From Thermoplasmata archaeon (GTDB lineage: Archaea; Thermoplasmatota; Thermoplasmata; Lutacidiplasmatales; UBA184), in the NCBI GenBank assembly GCA_022749995.1, contig JAKIWO010000001.1, forward strand, positions 22,410 through 86,409: DNA of 64,000 nt, in the 5' to 3' direction. The position numbers and the translations under genes were made by a program. Each line of letters starts with the position of its first letter. The first letter of the stretch is position 1. Below are positions 36,886-46,699 of the stretch, piece after piece. Under the pieces are notes generated by a model, which did no database searches, had not been told where the DNA came from, and saw only the letters and a program-made list of their open reading frames with translations.

Positions 36886-37059
36886 TTACGACCGAAGGTG
36901 CGCGCTCGCTTGGTCCGACGAGGGAGCGGGCAAGAGCCGCATCGAGCACGGCATGGTGACACCGCACTCTCCGCAGAACCGTCCTTCCTCGACGACCCAG
37001 AGAAACGCACCGCATCGGTCGCACGTCCGGTCGTCGTCGGAGTCGTACCGGCACGGCAT
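36886..37059 (-). CDS. putative small zinc-ribbon protein (~57 aa); listed ORF extends to 37182
   Basis: MPCRYDSDDDRTCDRCGAFLWVVEEGRFCGECGV has two CxxC pairs and a coding-like GC3. It lies between the NUDIX hydrolase and nrdJ on the opposite strand. Confidence 0.25.
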   Translation of the reverse strand: MPCRYDSDDDRTCDRCGAFLWVVEEGRFCGECGVTMPCSMRLLPAPSSDQASAHLRS

Positions 37060-37393
37060 CGACCGGCCGGAGCGGTGCCGGACCTTATAGCCGGCCGTCC
37101 ACGCGCCTCCGGAACGCCCACCGCGTTCCATTGCGTCGTTCGTAGCGGCTGGTCCGACCTTGGGTGGATATACCGGAAGCACGTGGGGCGGCCGGGGAGT
37201 CGTTGATCGGCATTCCGGCGGGCATGGGCGCTATCCACCAGCCCGTCGGCGATGGAACGGGGCGCCGCGCCGAGGAGGGTGTTTCCCGACCTCCGGTTCG
37301 AGGTCAACCCCCCCGGATCCGTACGCTAAGCCTAAAGCATCGGGCGCGCCGGCGAGCCTCCGCCCACCGACGGACCCCGTACCGAGGATCATC

Positions 37394-40177
37394 ATGGCCC
37401 TAGCACGCAAGCGAAGCACTCCCTTACCCGAGGACCCCGCGCCGCCGGCCGAGCGCGCCGGTCGCGAACCGATCGAGATCCCGCGTCTCACCCCGCGCGG
37501 CAAGAACGCGTTCGACACCGTGACCTGGAAGCGCCACGACGCACTCATCAAGGGGGCCGACGGCTCGACGGTGTTCGAGCTCAAGGGGGTCCACGCGCCC
37601 AGCACCTGGTCGGACACCTCGATCAACATCGCGGCATCGAAGTACTTCCGCATCATCGGCGGCCGGCGCGAGGACTCCGTCGAGGGGATGATCCGGCGGG
37701 TCTGCCACTGGATCGGCCAGAAGGGCCTCTCGCTCGGCTATATCGACACCCCCGAGGAGGCGCACCAGCTCGAGGAGAGCCTGAGCTACCTCATGGTCCA
37801 GCAGATGGCGGCGTTCAACTCACCGGTCTGGTTCAACGTCGGCGTGCGGGAGCCTCCGCAGTGCTCGGCCTGCTTCATCCAGGCGATCACCGACGACATG
37901 GAGGCGATCCTCTCCCTCGCCTCGAGCGAGGGCCGCCTGTTCAAGGGGGGCAGCGGTACCGGCACCAACCTCTCCCCGCTGCGCGGCAGCCACGAGCGGC
38001 TCGCCGGGGGCGGGATCGCGAGCGGCCCGGTCTCCTTCATGCGCGCCTTCGACGCGCTCGCCGGCGTCATCAAGAGCGGCGGGACGACCCGGCGCGCCGC
38101 GAAGATGGTGATCCTGAACATGGACCACCCGGACATCGTGGACTTCATCGACTGCAAGGTCCGCGAGGAGGAGAAGGCGCTCGCGCTCATCCGGGAGGGA
38201 TACTCCGCTAACTTCGATGGGACGGACCCGGACTCGGCGTACGCCTCCATCGCCTACCAGAACGCCAACCACTCGGTCCGGATCCCGGACAGCTTCATGG
38301 AGGCCGTCGGCCGCGACAGCGAGTGGCGCACCTACCACCGCACCGACCACTCCGTCGCGGGCACCTACCGGGCCCGCGAGCTATGGCGCAAGCTCGCCTT
38401 TGCCGCCTGGCGCTGCGGCGACCCCGGCGTGCAGTACGACGACGTGACCAACGACTGGCACACCTGCGCCATGACCGGACGGATCAACGCCTCCAACCCC
38501 TGCTCGGAGTATCTGTTCCTGGACAACACCGCCTGCAACCTGGCCTCGATCAACCTGATGCGGTTCCTCGACCCCAAGGGCGCCTTCGACCTGCCCCGGT
38601 TCCGCGAGGCGGTCCGGACCATGATCCTCGCGATGGAGATCCTCGTCGACGGCTCGAGCTACCCCACGGGACCGATCGCGCAGAACTCCCACGACTACCG
38701 GCCGCTCGGGCTGGGGTACGCCAACCTGGGCTCACTCCTGATGCACTACGGCCTGCCGTACGACTCGGAGCCGGGCCGCGCGCTTGCCGCCTCCATTTCC
38801 TCGATGCTCTCGGCCGAGGGGTACCACATGTCGGCGGAGATCGCCCAACGCATGGGCCCGTTCGCCGGCTACGACCGGAACCGCTCGCCGATGCTGCGCG
38901 TGATGGGCAAGCACGCCGCCGCCGCGGAGAAGGTACGGACCGACGACGCCCGGATCGCCCCGTTCGGCGTCGCCGCCGCCGAGCGGTGGCGCAACACGGT
39001 CAAGGCCGGCGAGCTCTGGGGCTACCGCAACGCACAGATCTCGGTGATCGCCCCGACCGGCACCATCGGGCTCCTCATGGGCTGCGACACGCTGGGGCTC
39101 GAGCCCGAGCTCTCCCTGGTCAAGGTCAAGAATCTCGTCGGGGGCGGGCAGCTGCGCATGGTCAACCGGACCGTCGAGGCCGCGCTCGAGAGCCTCGGCT
39201 ACTCCGACGCCGCTCGGGCAGAGATCCGCCAGCACATCGAGCGGACGGGCGGGATGGAGGGGGCACCGGGCTTGAAACCCGAGCACCTGGCCGTCTTCGA
39301 CTGCGCGCTCGCCATGCAGGCCAACGGCCGCACCATCGCACCGATGGGCCACCTGCGGATGCTCGGCGCGGTCCAGCCGTTCCTGTCGGGGGGTGCGTCC
39401 AAGACGATCAACCTCCCCCACGACGCGACGGTGGAGGACATCGAGAAGATCTACACCGAGGCCTGGCGGCTGGGGGTAAAGTCGGTCGCACTCTACCGGG
39501 ACGGCTGCAAGGCCTCCCAGCCGTACGAGACCGGCGCGGGCAAGGCCCCGGCCGGACCCCGCGGCGCGGTGCGCGAGAAGCTCCCCGACGAGCGGAAGGC
39601 GCTCACCCACCACTTCCAAGTAGGCGGGCACGACGGCTACGTCACCGTGGGGCTCTATCCCGACGGCCGGCCCGGCGAGCTGTTCTTCCGCGTGACGAAG
39701 GAGGGTTCGACGGTCAACGGCCTGATGGACAGCCTCGGCATCTCGATGTCGATGGCGCTCCAGCACGGAGTGCCGCTCAAGGACCTGGTCCGCAAGCTCG
39801 CGCACATGCGCTTTGAGCCGGCCGGTGCGACCAACAATCCGAAGATCCGGTTCGCGAAGTCGATCCCCGACTACGTGGCCCGTTGGCTCGCCGTCGAGTT
39901 CCTCACCGAGGCGGACCGACGCTCGATCGGGCTCGAGGGCCCGGCCGCGGAACCGAACGGCAACGCCCACGGCGGGTCGAAGCCGGCCGGGGCGCCCACC
40001 ACGGTGAAGTTCGAGACCAAGCCGCTCGACGCCTTCGGCGAGAGCGGGGCCGACGGACTGCCCATGGGCGGGATCACCGAGGACTCTCCCTCCTGCCACA
40101 TCTGCGGCGGCATCATGGTGCGCAGCGGTACCTGCTACGCCTGCACGGTCTGCGGCGCGACGAGCGGCTGCTCGTAG
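37394..40177 (+). CDS. nrdJ: adenosylcobalamin-dependent (class II) ribonucleoside-diphosphate reductase; start refined to Met79 of the listed ORF
   Basis: About 927 aa with NrdJ hallmarks (NPCSEYLFLDNTACNLASINL, a radical cysteine loop) and a C-terminal zinc ribbon (CHICGGIMVRSGTCYACTVCG). The upstream 78 codons are Gly/Arg/Pro-rich and lie in the 5' leader. Confidence 0.9.
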   Translation: MALARKRSTPLPEDPAPPAERAGREPIEIPRLTPRGKNAFDTVTWKRHDALIKGADGSTVFELKGVHAPSTWSDTSINIAASKYFRIIGGRREDSVEGMIRRVCHWIGQKGLSLGYIDTPEEAHQLEESLSYLMVQQMAAFNSPVWFNVGVREPPQCSACFIQAITDDMEAILSLASSEGRLFKGGSGTGTNLSPLRGSHERLAGGGIASGPVSFMRAFDALAGVIKSGGTTRRAAKMVILNMDHPDIVDFIDCKVREEEKALALIREGYSANFDGTDPDSAYASIAYQNANHSVRIPDSFMEAVGRDSEWRTYHRTDHSVAGTYRARELWRKLAFAAWRCGDPGVQYDDVTNDWHTCAMTGRINASNPCSEYLFLDNTACNLASINLMRFLDPKGAFDLPRFREAVRTMILAMEILVDGSSYPTGPIAQNSHDYRPLGLGYANLGSLLMHYGLPYDSEPGRALAASISSMLSAEGYHMSAEIAQRMGPFAGYDRNRSPMLRVMGKHAAAAEKVRTDDARIAPFGVAAAERWRNTVKAGELWGYRNAQISVIAPTGTIGLLMGCDTLGLEPELSLVKVKNLVGGGQLRMVNRTVEAALESLGYSDAARAEIRQHIERTGGMEGAPGLKPEHLAVFDCALAMQANGRTIAPMGHLRMLGAVQPFLSGGASKTINLPHDATVEDIEKIYTEAWRLGVKSVALYRDGCKASQPYETGAGKAPAGPRGAVREKLPDERKALTHHFQVGGHDGYVTVGLYPDGRPGELFFRVTKEGSTVNGLMDSLGISMSMALQHGVPLKDLVRKLAHMRFEPAGATNNPKIRFAKSIPDYVARWLAVEFLTEADRRSIGLEGPAAEPNGNAHGGSKPAGAPTTVKFETKPLDAFGESGADGLPMGGITEDSPSCHICGGIMVRSGTCYACTVCGATSGCS

Positions 40178-40228
40178 GGACCCTTGGGTCCCCTTCGCCG
40201 GGGCGACCCGGTCCTCCCCGCAGCGGCG

Positions 40229-40675
40229 CTAGGCCGCGAGCAGGCGGTCCGCCGCTGCGAGGTGGACCTCGGCCTTGCCGTCGATGACCTCGCTCACTTG
40301 CCCCTTCGCGTCGAGCAGGAAGGAGACGCGCCGGGCACGGCCGGAGGGACCGAGCACACCATACTGCTGGGCAACCGCTTTGCCGAGGTCGGCCACGAGC
40401 GGGAATCCGAACCCGTACTTCTCCTTGAACGCGCACTGCTTCTCGACCGAGTCCGTGCTCACGCCGACCACCCGTATGCCGTGGCCCTGGAGCGCGGCGA
40501 GCCGCTCGTTGAACCCCTTGGACTCGATGGTGCAACCCGGCGTGTCCGCTTCCGGGTAGAAGTAGAGCAGCACCTTCTGGCCGCGCAACGAGGAGAGCGT
40601 GAGCGTCGAGCCGTCGTCCGTCTTCTCGGTGAAATCGGGCGCCATCTCCCCCTGCGCGATCATGGTGCACGCCAC
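40229..40675 (-). CDS. bcp: peroxiredoxin (Bcp/PrxQ type)
   Basis: APDFTEKTDDGSTLTLSSLRGQKVLLYFYPEADTPGCTIESKGF contains the peroxidatic Cys in a TPGC motif. Confidence 0.8.
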   Translation of the reverse strand: MACTMIAQGEMAPDFTEKTDDGSTLTLSSLRGQKVLLYFYPEADTPGCTIESKGFNERLAALQGHGIRVVGVSTDSVEKQCAFKEKYGFGFPLVADLGKAVAQQYGVLGPSGRARRVSFLLDAKGQVSEVIDGKAEVHLAAADRLLAA

Positions 40676-40775
40676 GACCGCGGCCTAGTTACGGTTTCCC
40701 GGGGGACGCCGAGCGCTCACCCCAGTTACCCTCCGGCTCCCGACGCTTGAAATCCCCCACGGGCCTCGCCGCCGC

Positions 40776-42419
40776 GTGCCTCCCCTACCTGTCACCGGCG
40801 GCCCGGGTGGTCAGAAGCTCTCCCCCGTGCAGGCCCGCAACCTGCTCGCACTGCTGGCCGCGCTCGCCTTCATGGTCACCTACGTGGAGACGATGGTCGT
40901 CCCCGGCTTCGTCGTCTTCCAACGGTTCTTCGACTACCCCCCGATCCCGACCGTCGCCTGGATCCTCTCGGCCTACCTGGTCGTCGGCACCGTGGCCACG
41001 CCGATCTTCGGCAAGCTCGGGGACTTGTACGGCAAGCGGCCGATGCTGCTCATCGTGGTCACCATCTACACGGCCGCCGTCAGCGTGGCCGGGTTCACCC
41101 CCAACATCGCGAGCGAGCTCGGCATCAGCCGCCTGAACGCGATCTACCTGCTGATCGGCGCCCGAGCCGTCCAGGGTGTGGGCATGGCCATGTTCCCGCT
41201 CGCCTTCGCCATGATCGGCGAGGCGTTCCCACCCCAGCGGGTCGGCCAGGCGCAGGGACTCATCTCGGCGATGTTCGCGGCCGGGGCCGCCACCGGACTG
41301 TTCGGCGGCTCGTACCTGACGTTCACCTACGGCTGGCAGTTCACCTACCACACCGTCATCCCGCTCTCGGCGGCGCTGCTCCTCCTCGCCGTGCTGCGGG
41401 TCCCCATCTTCGCGGTCCGCCCCGGCCGAAAGCTCGACCTGCCCGGGGCGGCGTTGCTCGGCACCGCCCTCACCACCTTCCTCGTGGCCCTCTCCGAAGG
41501 GGGCAGCTGGGGCTGGGGCACGACCCGGGCGGTGATGATCGGACCGGTGCCGTTCGGCGTTCCCGAGCTGTTCGCCATCGCCCTCCTCGCGACGATCGGC
41601 TTCCTCCTGTGGGAACCGCGGAGCCCGTACCCGGTGGTCGACTTCCACCGGCTCGCCGAGCGGAACATCTGGATCTCCAACGTCGTCGCCGTCCTCACCG
41701 GTACGAGCATGTTCCTGTACTTCGTCGCGATCACCTACCAGATGCAGGAGCCCTCGGTCGGGCTCGGGCTCAGCGTCCTACAGTTCGGCGAGGCCGCGGT
41801 CCCGAGCGCGATCGCCGCGCTCCTGTTGGCCCCGCTCGCCGGACGATGGGTCTCCAACAACGGCCCCAAGCCGGTGATGCTGGCCGGCTCGGCGATGAGC
41901 TGCCTGGCCGGCCTCGGGCTGGTGGTGTTCCATCAGTTCGAGCTCGAATTCATCCTGCTCGCGATCCCGATGCAGGTCGGCCTCACCTGGGCGTTCATCT
42001 CGATGAGCAACGTGATCATCCTCGCCTCGCGCCCCGAGGAGGTGGGGATCCAGACCGGGATGAACGCCACCTTCCGGACGCTGGGCCAGAGCCTCGGCCC
42101 CGTCCTCGGCTCGACGATCTTCGCGTCCTTCCTGGTGGTGCGGGTGATCCCAGTGCTGATCCCGAACGGGCCTACGGTCGCCCTGGCCGTGCCGATACCG
42201 GCGATCACGGGATTCATCTGGGTCTACCTGCTCGTCGCGTCGCTCGGCGCCGCGAGCTTCTGCTTGAGCCTGGCGCTGCGGAACTACCGGTTCCTGGCCG
42301 ACGGCAGCCGCGTGGACCAGGCCCGCGCCCCCGCGGCGGCACCACGAGCGAGCTCGCTCACCGCGCCCGTGCCCACTCCGACGGCCGCCCGGGCGGAGCC
42401 TCCTCCGGCCCTCAGTTAG
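40776..42419 (+). CDS. MFS transporter (DHA2-like, about 14 TM)
   Basis: Hydrophobic periodicity throughout and MFS motif A-like stretches (GKLGDLYGKRPML). The length of 547 aa is consistent with a 14-TM drug:H+ antiporter type. Confidence 0.8.
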   Translation: MPPLPVTGGPGGQKLSPVQARNLLALLAALAFMVTYVETMVVPGFVVFQRFFDYPPIPTVAWILSAYLVVGTVATPIFGKLGDLYGKRPMLLIVVTIYTAAVSVAGFTPNIASELGISRLNAIYLLIGARAVQGVGMAMFPLAFAMIGEAFPPQRVGQAQGLISAMFAAGAATGLFGGSYLTFTYGWQFTYHTVIPLSAALLLLAVLRVPIFAVRPGRKLDLPGAALLGTALTTFLVALSEGGSWGWGTTRAVMIGPVPFGVPELFAIALLATIGFLLWEPRSPYPVVDFHRLAERNIWISNVVAVLTGTSMFLYFVAITYQMQEPSVGLGLSVLQFGEAAVPSAIAALLLAPLAGRWVSNNGPKPVMLAGSAMSCLAGLGLVVFHQFELEFILLAIPMQVGLTWAFISMSNVIILASRPEEVGIQTGMNATFRTLGQSLGPVLGSTIFASFLVVRVIPVLIPNGPTVALAVPIPAITGFIWVYLLVASLGAASFCLSLALRNYRFLADGSRVDQARAPAAAPRASSLTAPVPTPTAARAEPPPALS

Positions 42420-42825
42420 AGCGCGTACCGGACCAGCGCGAGCAGGTCCTCGATCGGGAGTTCGGCTCCCTCGGAGCCCTGGGAGATGCTACCCCAGAGC
42501 GCCTCGATCGCTCCCTCCGGGAATCCGACGGCCTCTCCCGCCGACCTTCCACGGAGGTGGTCGGGGCGGCCGTACCGTCCGATCGCGAGCAGCACGAGCA
42601 AGGCGCCGACCGGACCGGAGGAGGCGAGCGAAGCGTGGCCGTTCGGGCCTTCGCGCTCGTCGAGACGCGCCTCCTCGTCGTGCAGCCGTGCGACCCGACT
42701 GCGTCGCTGGATCGCCCCCGGCCTCCGGGTGCCCCCGCGGACTGGCAGTTCCCTCCACTGGATCTCCGGCTCCGCCGCGCGGAGTCGCTCCCATAGCGCC
42801 GGCTCGCCGGGCAGGCGGCTCGGGC

Positions 42826-43710
42826 TCACGCCGCCCTGCCTCTCCGCGGGTGCCACAAGAGACAGTCCGGTCGGAGTCGGCAGGCGCCGCAGACCGAAAT
42901 ATCCCGCTCCTTCGGACAGTCCCCAGAGATCCCCGTATGACAGAGTGCGAAATCGTACCGCACGGGATCGACGGGGTCGAACTCCCGGAGCCGCGCGGTG
43001 ACCTCCTCGACCGCCGCCCAGGAACGGGTGCGACGCCGGGTGAGCCCCATATGGTAGCTGATCCAGAACACGTGCTGGTCGAGCGGGATGCGGAGCTCGG
43101 CGAGCGGCACCCGCTTCCAGACCCCGAGGTCCGGATACTCCTCCCGGACCATCCAACGGAGGAACAGTGCGAGCCGCTTGCAGGGGCTGTGGCTCGCCCC
43201 CAGCGGGGAAGGAAACAGCGCGCGGTAGCCCGCGGGCGGATCCACGCCATCCGTGCCGCGCAGCGCCCGGGCGAGCGCGTCCAGTCCCGACGCAAACCCC
43301 TCGGGCCCGGTGCTCCCGTCGGCGAACACCGTTTCGAGGCCGCCCAGCTCCGCCTCGATCCGATGCAGGCGGTACGCGAGGTAGGCGAGCTGGTCTCCGC
43401 GGATCCATCGGTGGCGGAACTCCCGGAGCCGGCGGTCCCGGCTCGGTCGGCGGCTCCGGTCGACCAGACCGGTGAGGTCGCCATCGCACCGGGAGAGCCA
43501 GTCGGCGAAGGCGCTCCGAATGGCGGTGGTGTTGCCCACGGCGAGGGTCGCTGCGTAGATCCCCGCAACCTCCGCCGAGCGCCGGTCGACGGCGAGCGGT
43601 CGCACGCAGGATAGCGGGTCCTGGGCGAGGCTCCGTTCCAGCGGGAAGTTGACGAGCAGCTCCTCGAGATGGCCGGCGAGGCCGCTCGAGGGAGTGGTGC
43701 TGACCTGCAC
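42826..43710 (-). CDS. DUF2400/TIGR02757-like protein (tentative)
   Basis: Conserved-looking blocks (ALFLRWMVREEYPDLGVW ... LCHTGISGDCPKERD ... CGACRLRPDC) that I associate with the TIGR02757 family. Embedded in the listed 545-aa ORF region. Confidence 0.45.
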   Translation of the reverse strand: MQVSTTPSSGLAGHLEELLVNFPLERSLAQDPLSCVRPLAVDRRSAEVAGIYAATLAVGNTTAIRSAFADWLSRCDGDLTGLVDRSRRPSRDRRLREFRHRWIRGDQLAYLAYRLHRIEAELGGLETVFADGSTGPEGFASGLDALARALRGTDGVDPPAGYRALFPSPLGASHSPCKRLALFLRWMVREEYPDLGVWKRVPLAELRIPLDQHVFWISYHMGLTRRRTRSWAAVEEVTARLREFDPVDPVRYDFALCHTGISGDCPKERDISVCGACRLRPDCLLWHPRRGRAA

Positions 43711-43791
43711 ACGCGTGCGACCCCAGCTTCAGATTTACCGTTGCCCGCCGACCGAGGGCTTGTATCTCCGGCGGGACTTCCGGGACAGAGC

Positions 43792-44571
43792 ATGCCGCCC
43801 AGCGACCGCGTGAGCGACCGGTTGGATCCGGAGTGGCTCGCCGCAGCCTACCGACGCGATCCGGCCCTCCACGCCTGGGCCGTGTGGGACCGGGCGGTGT
43901 TCCCCGAGCGCGTAGAGTTCCGCGTCCTCGAACACGAGGGCCGCCCCCGGGCGTACCTCCTGATATGGCACGGCCTCGGGGGTTTTTGCACCGTCCATTG
44001 GGTCGGCCCTTCGGAGGGGGGCGGACCGCTTCTCGAGTTCCTGCCCCGGCCACCGGTGAGCGTCATCGTACCGGATGAGCTCGCCCCGGAGGTGCTCCAC
44101 CGCCTGGGGACAGGACGGGTCGAAGGGGTTCGTATCCAAGTCTGCCGACAGGCCCCTGCTCCGGAGGACGGAGTGCGCCGGCTCGGCCCCCCAGACGCCG
44201 CCGCGCTCGATCGGTTTGTCGAAAGGACCGGCGACCAGCTCGCGAAGGGGTACCGGGGCCTGCCCCTCGACCGGGAGCTGGTCGCCGGCGTCTTCGAGGG
44301 GCCGGAACTCTGCGCGTTGGCCCGAGCGCAGGTGTGGCTACCGGAGCTGACGCTGATCAGCCACGTCGTCACGCACCCGGACGCCCGGGGACGCGGCCAT
44401 GCCCGCCGCGCCACGGGGTGGCTCACCCGGGAGGCGATCGGGCGCGGCGCGTTCGCGGCGCTCTACGTTCGGGACTCGAACCTCCCGGCGCGGGCGGTCT
44501 ACGACCGCCTCGGGTTCGAGCTGCTGGCGCACCGCACCTGGGTCGAGACGGACGCGCCGGCGACCGCCTAG
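43792..44571 (+). CDS. GNAT-family N-acetyltransferase; start refined to Met42 of the listed ORF
   Basis: The C-terminal acetyl-CoA-binding motif ISHVVTHPDARGRGHARRATGWLTREAIGRGAFAALYVRDSNLPARAVYDRLGFE (Q/RxxGxG/A). Confidence 0.65.
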   Translation: MPPSDRVSDRLDPEWLAAAYRRDPALHAWAVWDRAVFPERVEFRVLEHEGRPRAYLLIWHGLGGFCTVHWVGPSEGGGPLLEFLPRPPVSVIVPDELAPEVLHRLGTGRVEGVRIQVCRQAPAPEDGVRRLGPPDAAALDRFVERTGDQLAKGYRGLPLDRELVAGVFEGPELCALARAQVWLPELTLISHVVTHPDARGRGHARRATGWLTREAIGRGAFAALYVRDSNLPARAVYDRLGFELLAHRTWVETDAPATA

Positions 44572-44622
44572 CGCCGCGAGCTGTTTTCCGCCGGCGGGCG
44601 CTCGAGGGAGGAGGGGGTCCGC

Positions 44623-46278
44623 GTGGCGAGCAACGCCGAGGTGGAGCGGATCTTCGTCGAGATCGGGGACCTGCTCGACCTGCTCGGCGAACAACGGTTC
44701 AAGGTCGAGGCGTACCGTCGGGCCGCGCGGACCCTGGAGTCGCTCGGCGAGCCGCTCGAGCGGATCGCCGCGCGGGGGGAACTCGAGCGCATTCCGGGGA
44801 TCGGCGATGCCCTGGAGGCCAAGATCCGGGAGTACCTGTCCACCGGACGACTCGAGTACCTGGAGAAGCTTCGGCAGCAGGTACCCCCCGGCATCCGCGA
44901 GCTGATGCGACTGCCCGGCGTCGGACCGAAGACGGCCCGCCGATTCTGGGTGGAAATCGGGGTGGAGGGGCCGCTCGAACTCGCCCAGGCCGTCGAGGCA
45001 GGGCGGCTACGCGGGGTCGCCGGCTTCGGCGAGCGGAAGATCGAGCAGCTCCGGCAGGGACTCGCCGCGCTCGGAGCGGGGGTCGACGGCGGTTCCCGCC
45101 GACCGTTGCTCGACGCGTGGGAGATCGCCGAGGAGCTCCGGGAGCGACTTCGCGCGAGTGCACCGGTCGATGAGCTCGTGGTCGCCGGGAGCCTGCGCCG
45201 CTCTCGGGAGACCGTCGGGGATCTCGACCTGCTCGCCATCTCCCGCGAGCCGGCGAAAGTGTTCGCGAGCTTTCTCGCCCTCCCTGGCCTCATCGAAGTC
45301 CGCTCCAAGGGGGACACGAAGTCCACCATACTGCTCGCGCCGGGGATCCAGGTTGACCTGCGGGTCCTCGAGCCCGAGAGCTTCGGCGCAGCGCTCCAGT
45401 ACTTCACCGGTTCCAAGGACCACAACGTCCACCTGCGCACGCTGGCCCGGGAGAAGGGACTCAAGGTGAACGAGTACGGCGTCTTCCGAGAGGAGGAGCG
45501 GGTCGCCGGCCGTACCGAGGAGGAGGTGTACGCCGCGCTCGGCCTCGCCCCGATTCCGCCGGAGATTCGGGAGAATCACGGGGAGGTGGAGGCAGCGGCC
45601 GCGGGCCAGGTGCCTACGCTCTTTGAGCGCTCCTCGCTGCGCACCGACCTCCACCTCCACCTGCCGTTGCAGGGCGAGGACGCCGCGCTCGCCCCCTGGG
45701 CGGAGCGCGCACTCGGACTCGGCTATTCGGAGCTCGGTGTGGTGGTGGAGAACGACGACGAAGCCGCCGAACGGATCCGACGACTGCGGCCGACGGCTCC
45801 TACGACGGCTGGAGCGAAGACCACGCTACGCGTTCGCTTCGGTGTCGAACAGGAGGGGGCCTCTCCGCTTCCACCGCCCGAGGGCGCGGAGTACATTCTG
45901 CTACGCCCGAGCGTCGGCGGGACGCCGCCCAAGACCGAGGCTCCGGCGGAGTCGCTGCCGCGGTTCCTCGGTCACCTGGAGGCGGAGGACCCCGCCGCGG
46001 TTGCGGGCCGCGTCGGCTGGGTCGAGTGGGCCCTCCGCGATCGGCTCCCGGTGGAAGTCGGACCTCGCCCGGAGCGAACGGGGCTGGACAGCGGCTCGCT
46101 CCGCTCGCTCGCCGCCCGCGGCGTGCGCTTCCTGCCCAGCGCCCGGTCCGAACGTTCGAGGGAACTGGCCCGTATCGCCGTCTCCGTCGGACTGCTGCGT
46201 CGGGGCGCCGTATCCGCGACGCAGGTCCTCCTCGGGTTGCCCGAGGGCACTCCGAAGAAGCGTCGGGCCCGAACGTAG
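44623..46278 (+). CDS. polX: family X DNA polymerase (Pol beta-like core with a C-terminal PHP-like domain, probably degenerate)
   Basis: N-terminal HhH motifs (LPGVGPKTARRFW), the NTase fold motif GSLRRSRETVGDLDLL, and a C-terminal region that starts DLHLHLP but is His-poor thereafter. Confidence 0.85.
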   Translation: MASNAEVERIFVEIGDLLDLLGEQRFKVEAYRRAARTLESLGEPLERIAARGELERIPGIGDALEAKIREYLSTGRLEYLEKLRQQVPPGIRELMRLPGVGPKTARRFWVEIGVEGPLELAQAVEAGRLRGVAGFGERKIEQLRQGLAALGAGVDGGSRRPLLDAWEIAEELRERLRASAPVDELVVAGSLRRSRETVGDLDLLAISREPAKVFASFLALPGLIEVRSKGDTKSTILLAPGIQVDLRVLEPESFGAALQYFTGSKDHNVHLRTLAREKGLKVNEYGVFREEERVAGRTEEEVYAALGLAPIPPEIRENHGEVEAAAAGQVPTLFERSSLRTDLHLHLPLQGEDAALAPWAERALGLGYSELGVVVENDDEAAERIRRLRPTAPTTAGAKTTLRVRFGVEQEGASPLPPPEGAEYILLRPSVGGTPPKTEAPAESLPRFLGHLEAEDPAAVAGRVGWVEWALRDRLPVEVGPRPERTGLDSGSLRSLAARGVRFLPSARSERSRELARIAVSVGLLRRGAVSATQVLLGLPEGTPKKRRART

Positions 46279-46330
46279 CGGTTCGGGTGGAACCGGAGGC
46301 TCATTTACCGGCGCGAACGGCCCCTGAGAC

Positions 46331-46699
46331 GTGCCCGTCCGCTACGTCTCGCGCTACGCCCCCCCGCCGCTCGCCGCGAGCCCGATGGCCACGCTCCCTG
46401 CCCGATCTCACGCAGCGGCGTACGCCTCCGTCGCCGTGCTGCTGCTCGGTGTGTGGCTCTCGAGCTACAGCTTCCTGTTCCCGGCGCTACTGGCCGTGCT
46501 GCTGATCGGAGTGGGTCTCTCGTTCCTGTCGACCCGTGTCAACCCGTTCTCCGTCGGCTACTACCTGAACACCAAGCCTTCGTGGACGGCGATTGCCGCG
46601 GTGTTCCTCACGGCGCTATTCCTGGCCTCGCTGGCGTACGCTGACTGGCACAGCGGGGGCATCGCGGGGCTCACCCACTGGCCGCGTCGACTCGGTTAG
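46331..46699 (+). CDS. small membrane protein, hypothetical
   Basis: Three predicted TM helices (AAYASVAVLLLGVWLSSYSFLFPALLAVLLIGVGLSFL ... AIAAVFLTALFLASLAY). Confidence 0.4.
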   Translation: MPVRYVSRYAPPPLAASPMATLPARSHAAAYASVAVLLLGVWLSSYSFLFPALLAVLLIGVGLSFLSTRVNPFSVGYYLNTKPSWTAIAAVFLTALFLASLAYADWHSGGIAGLTHWPRRLG

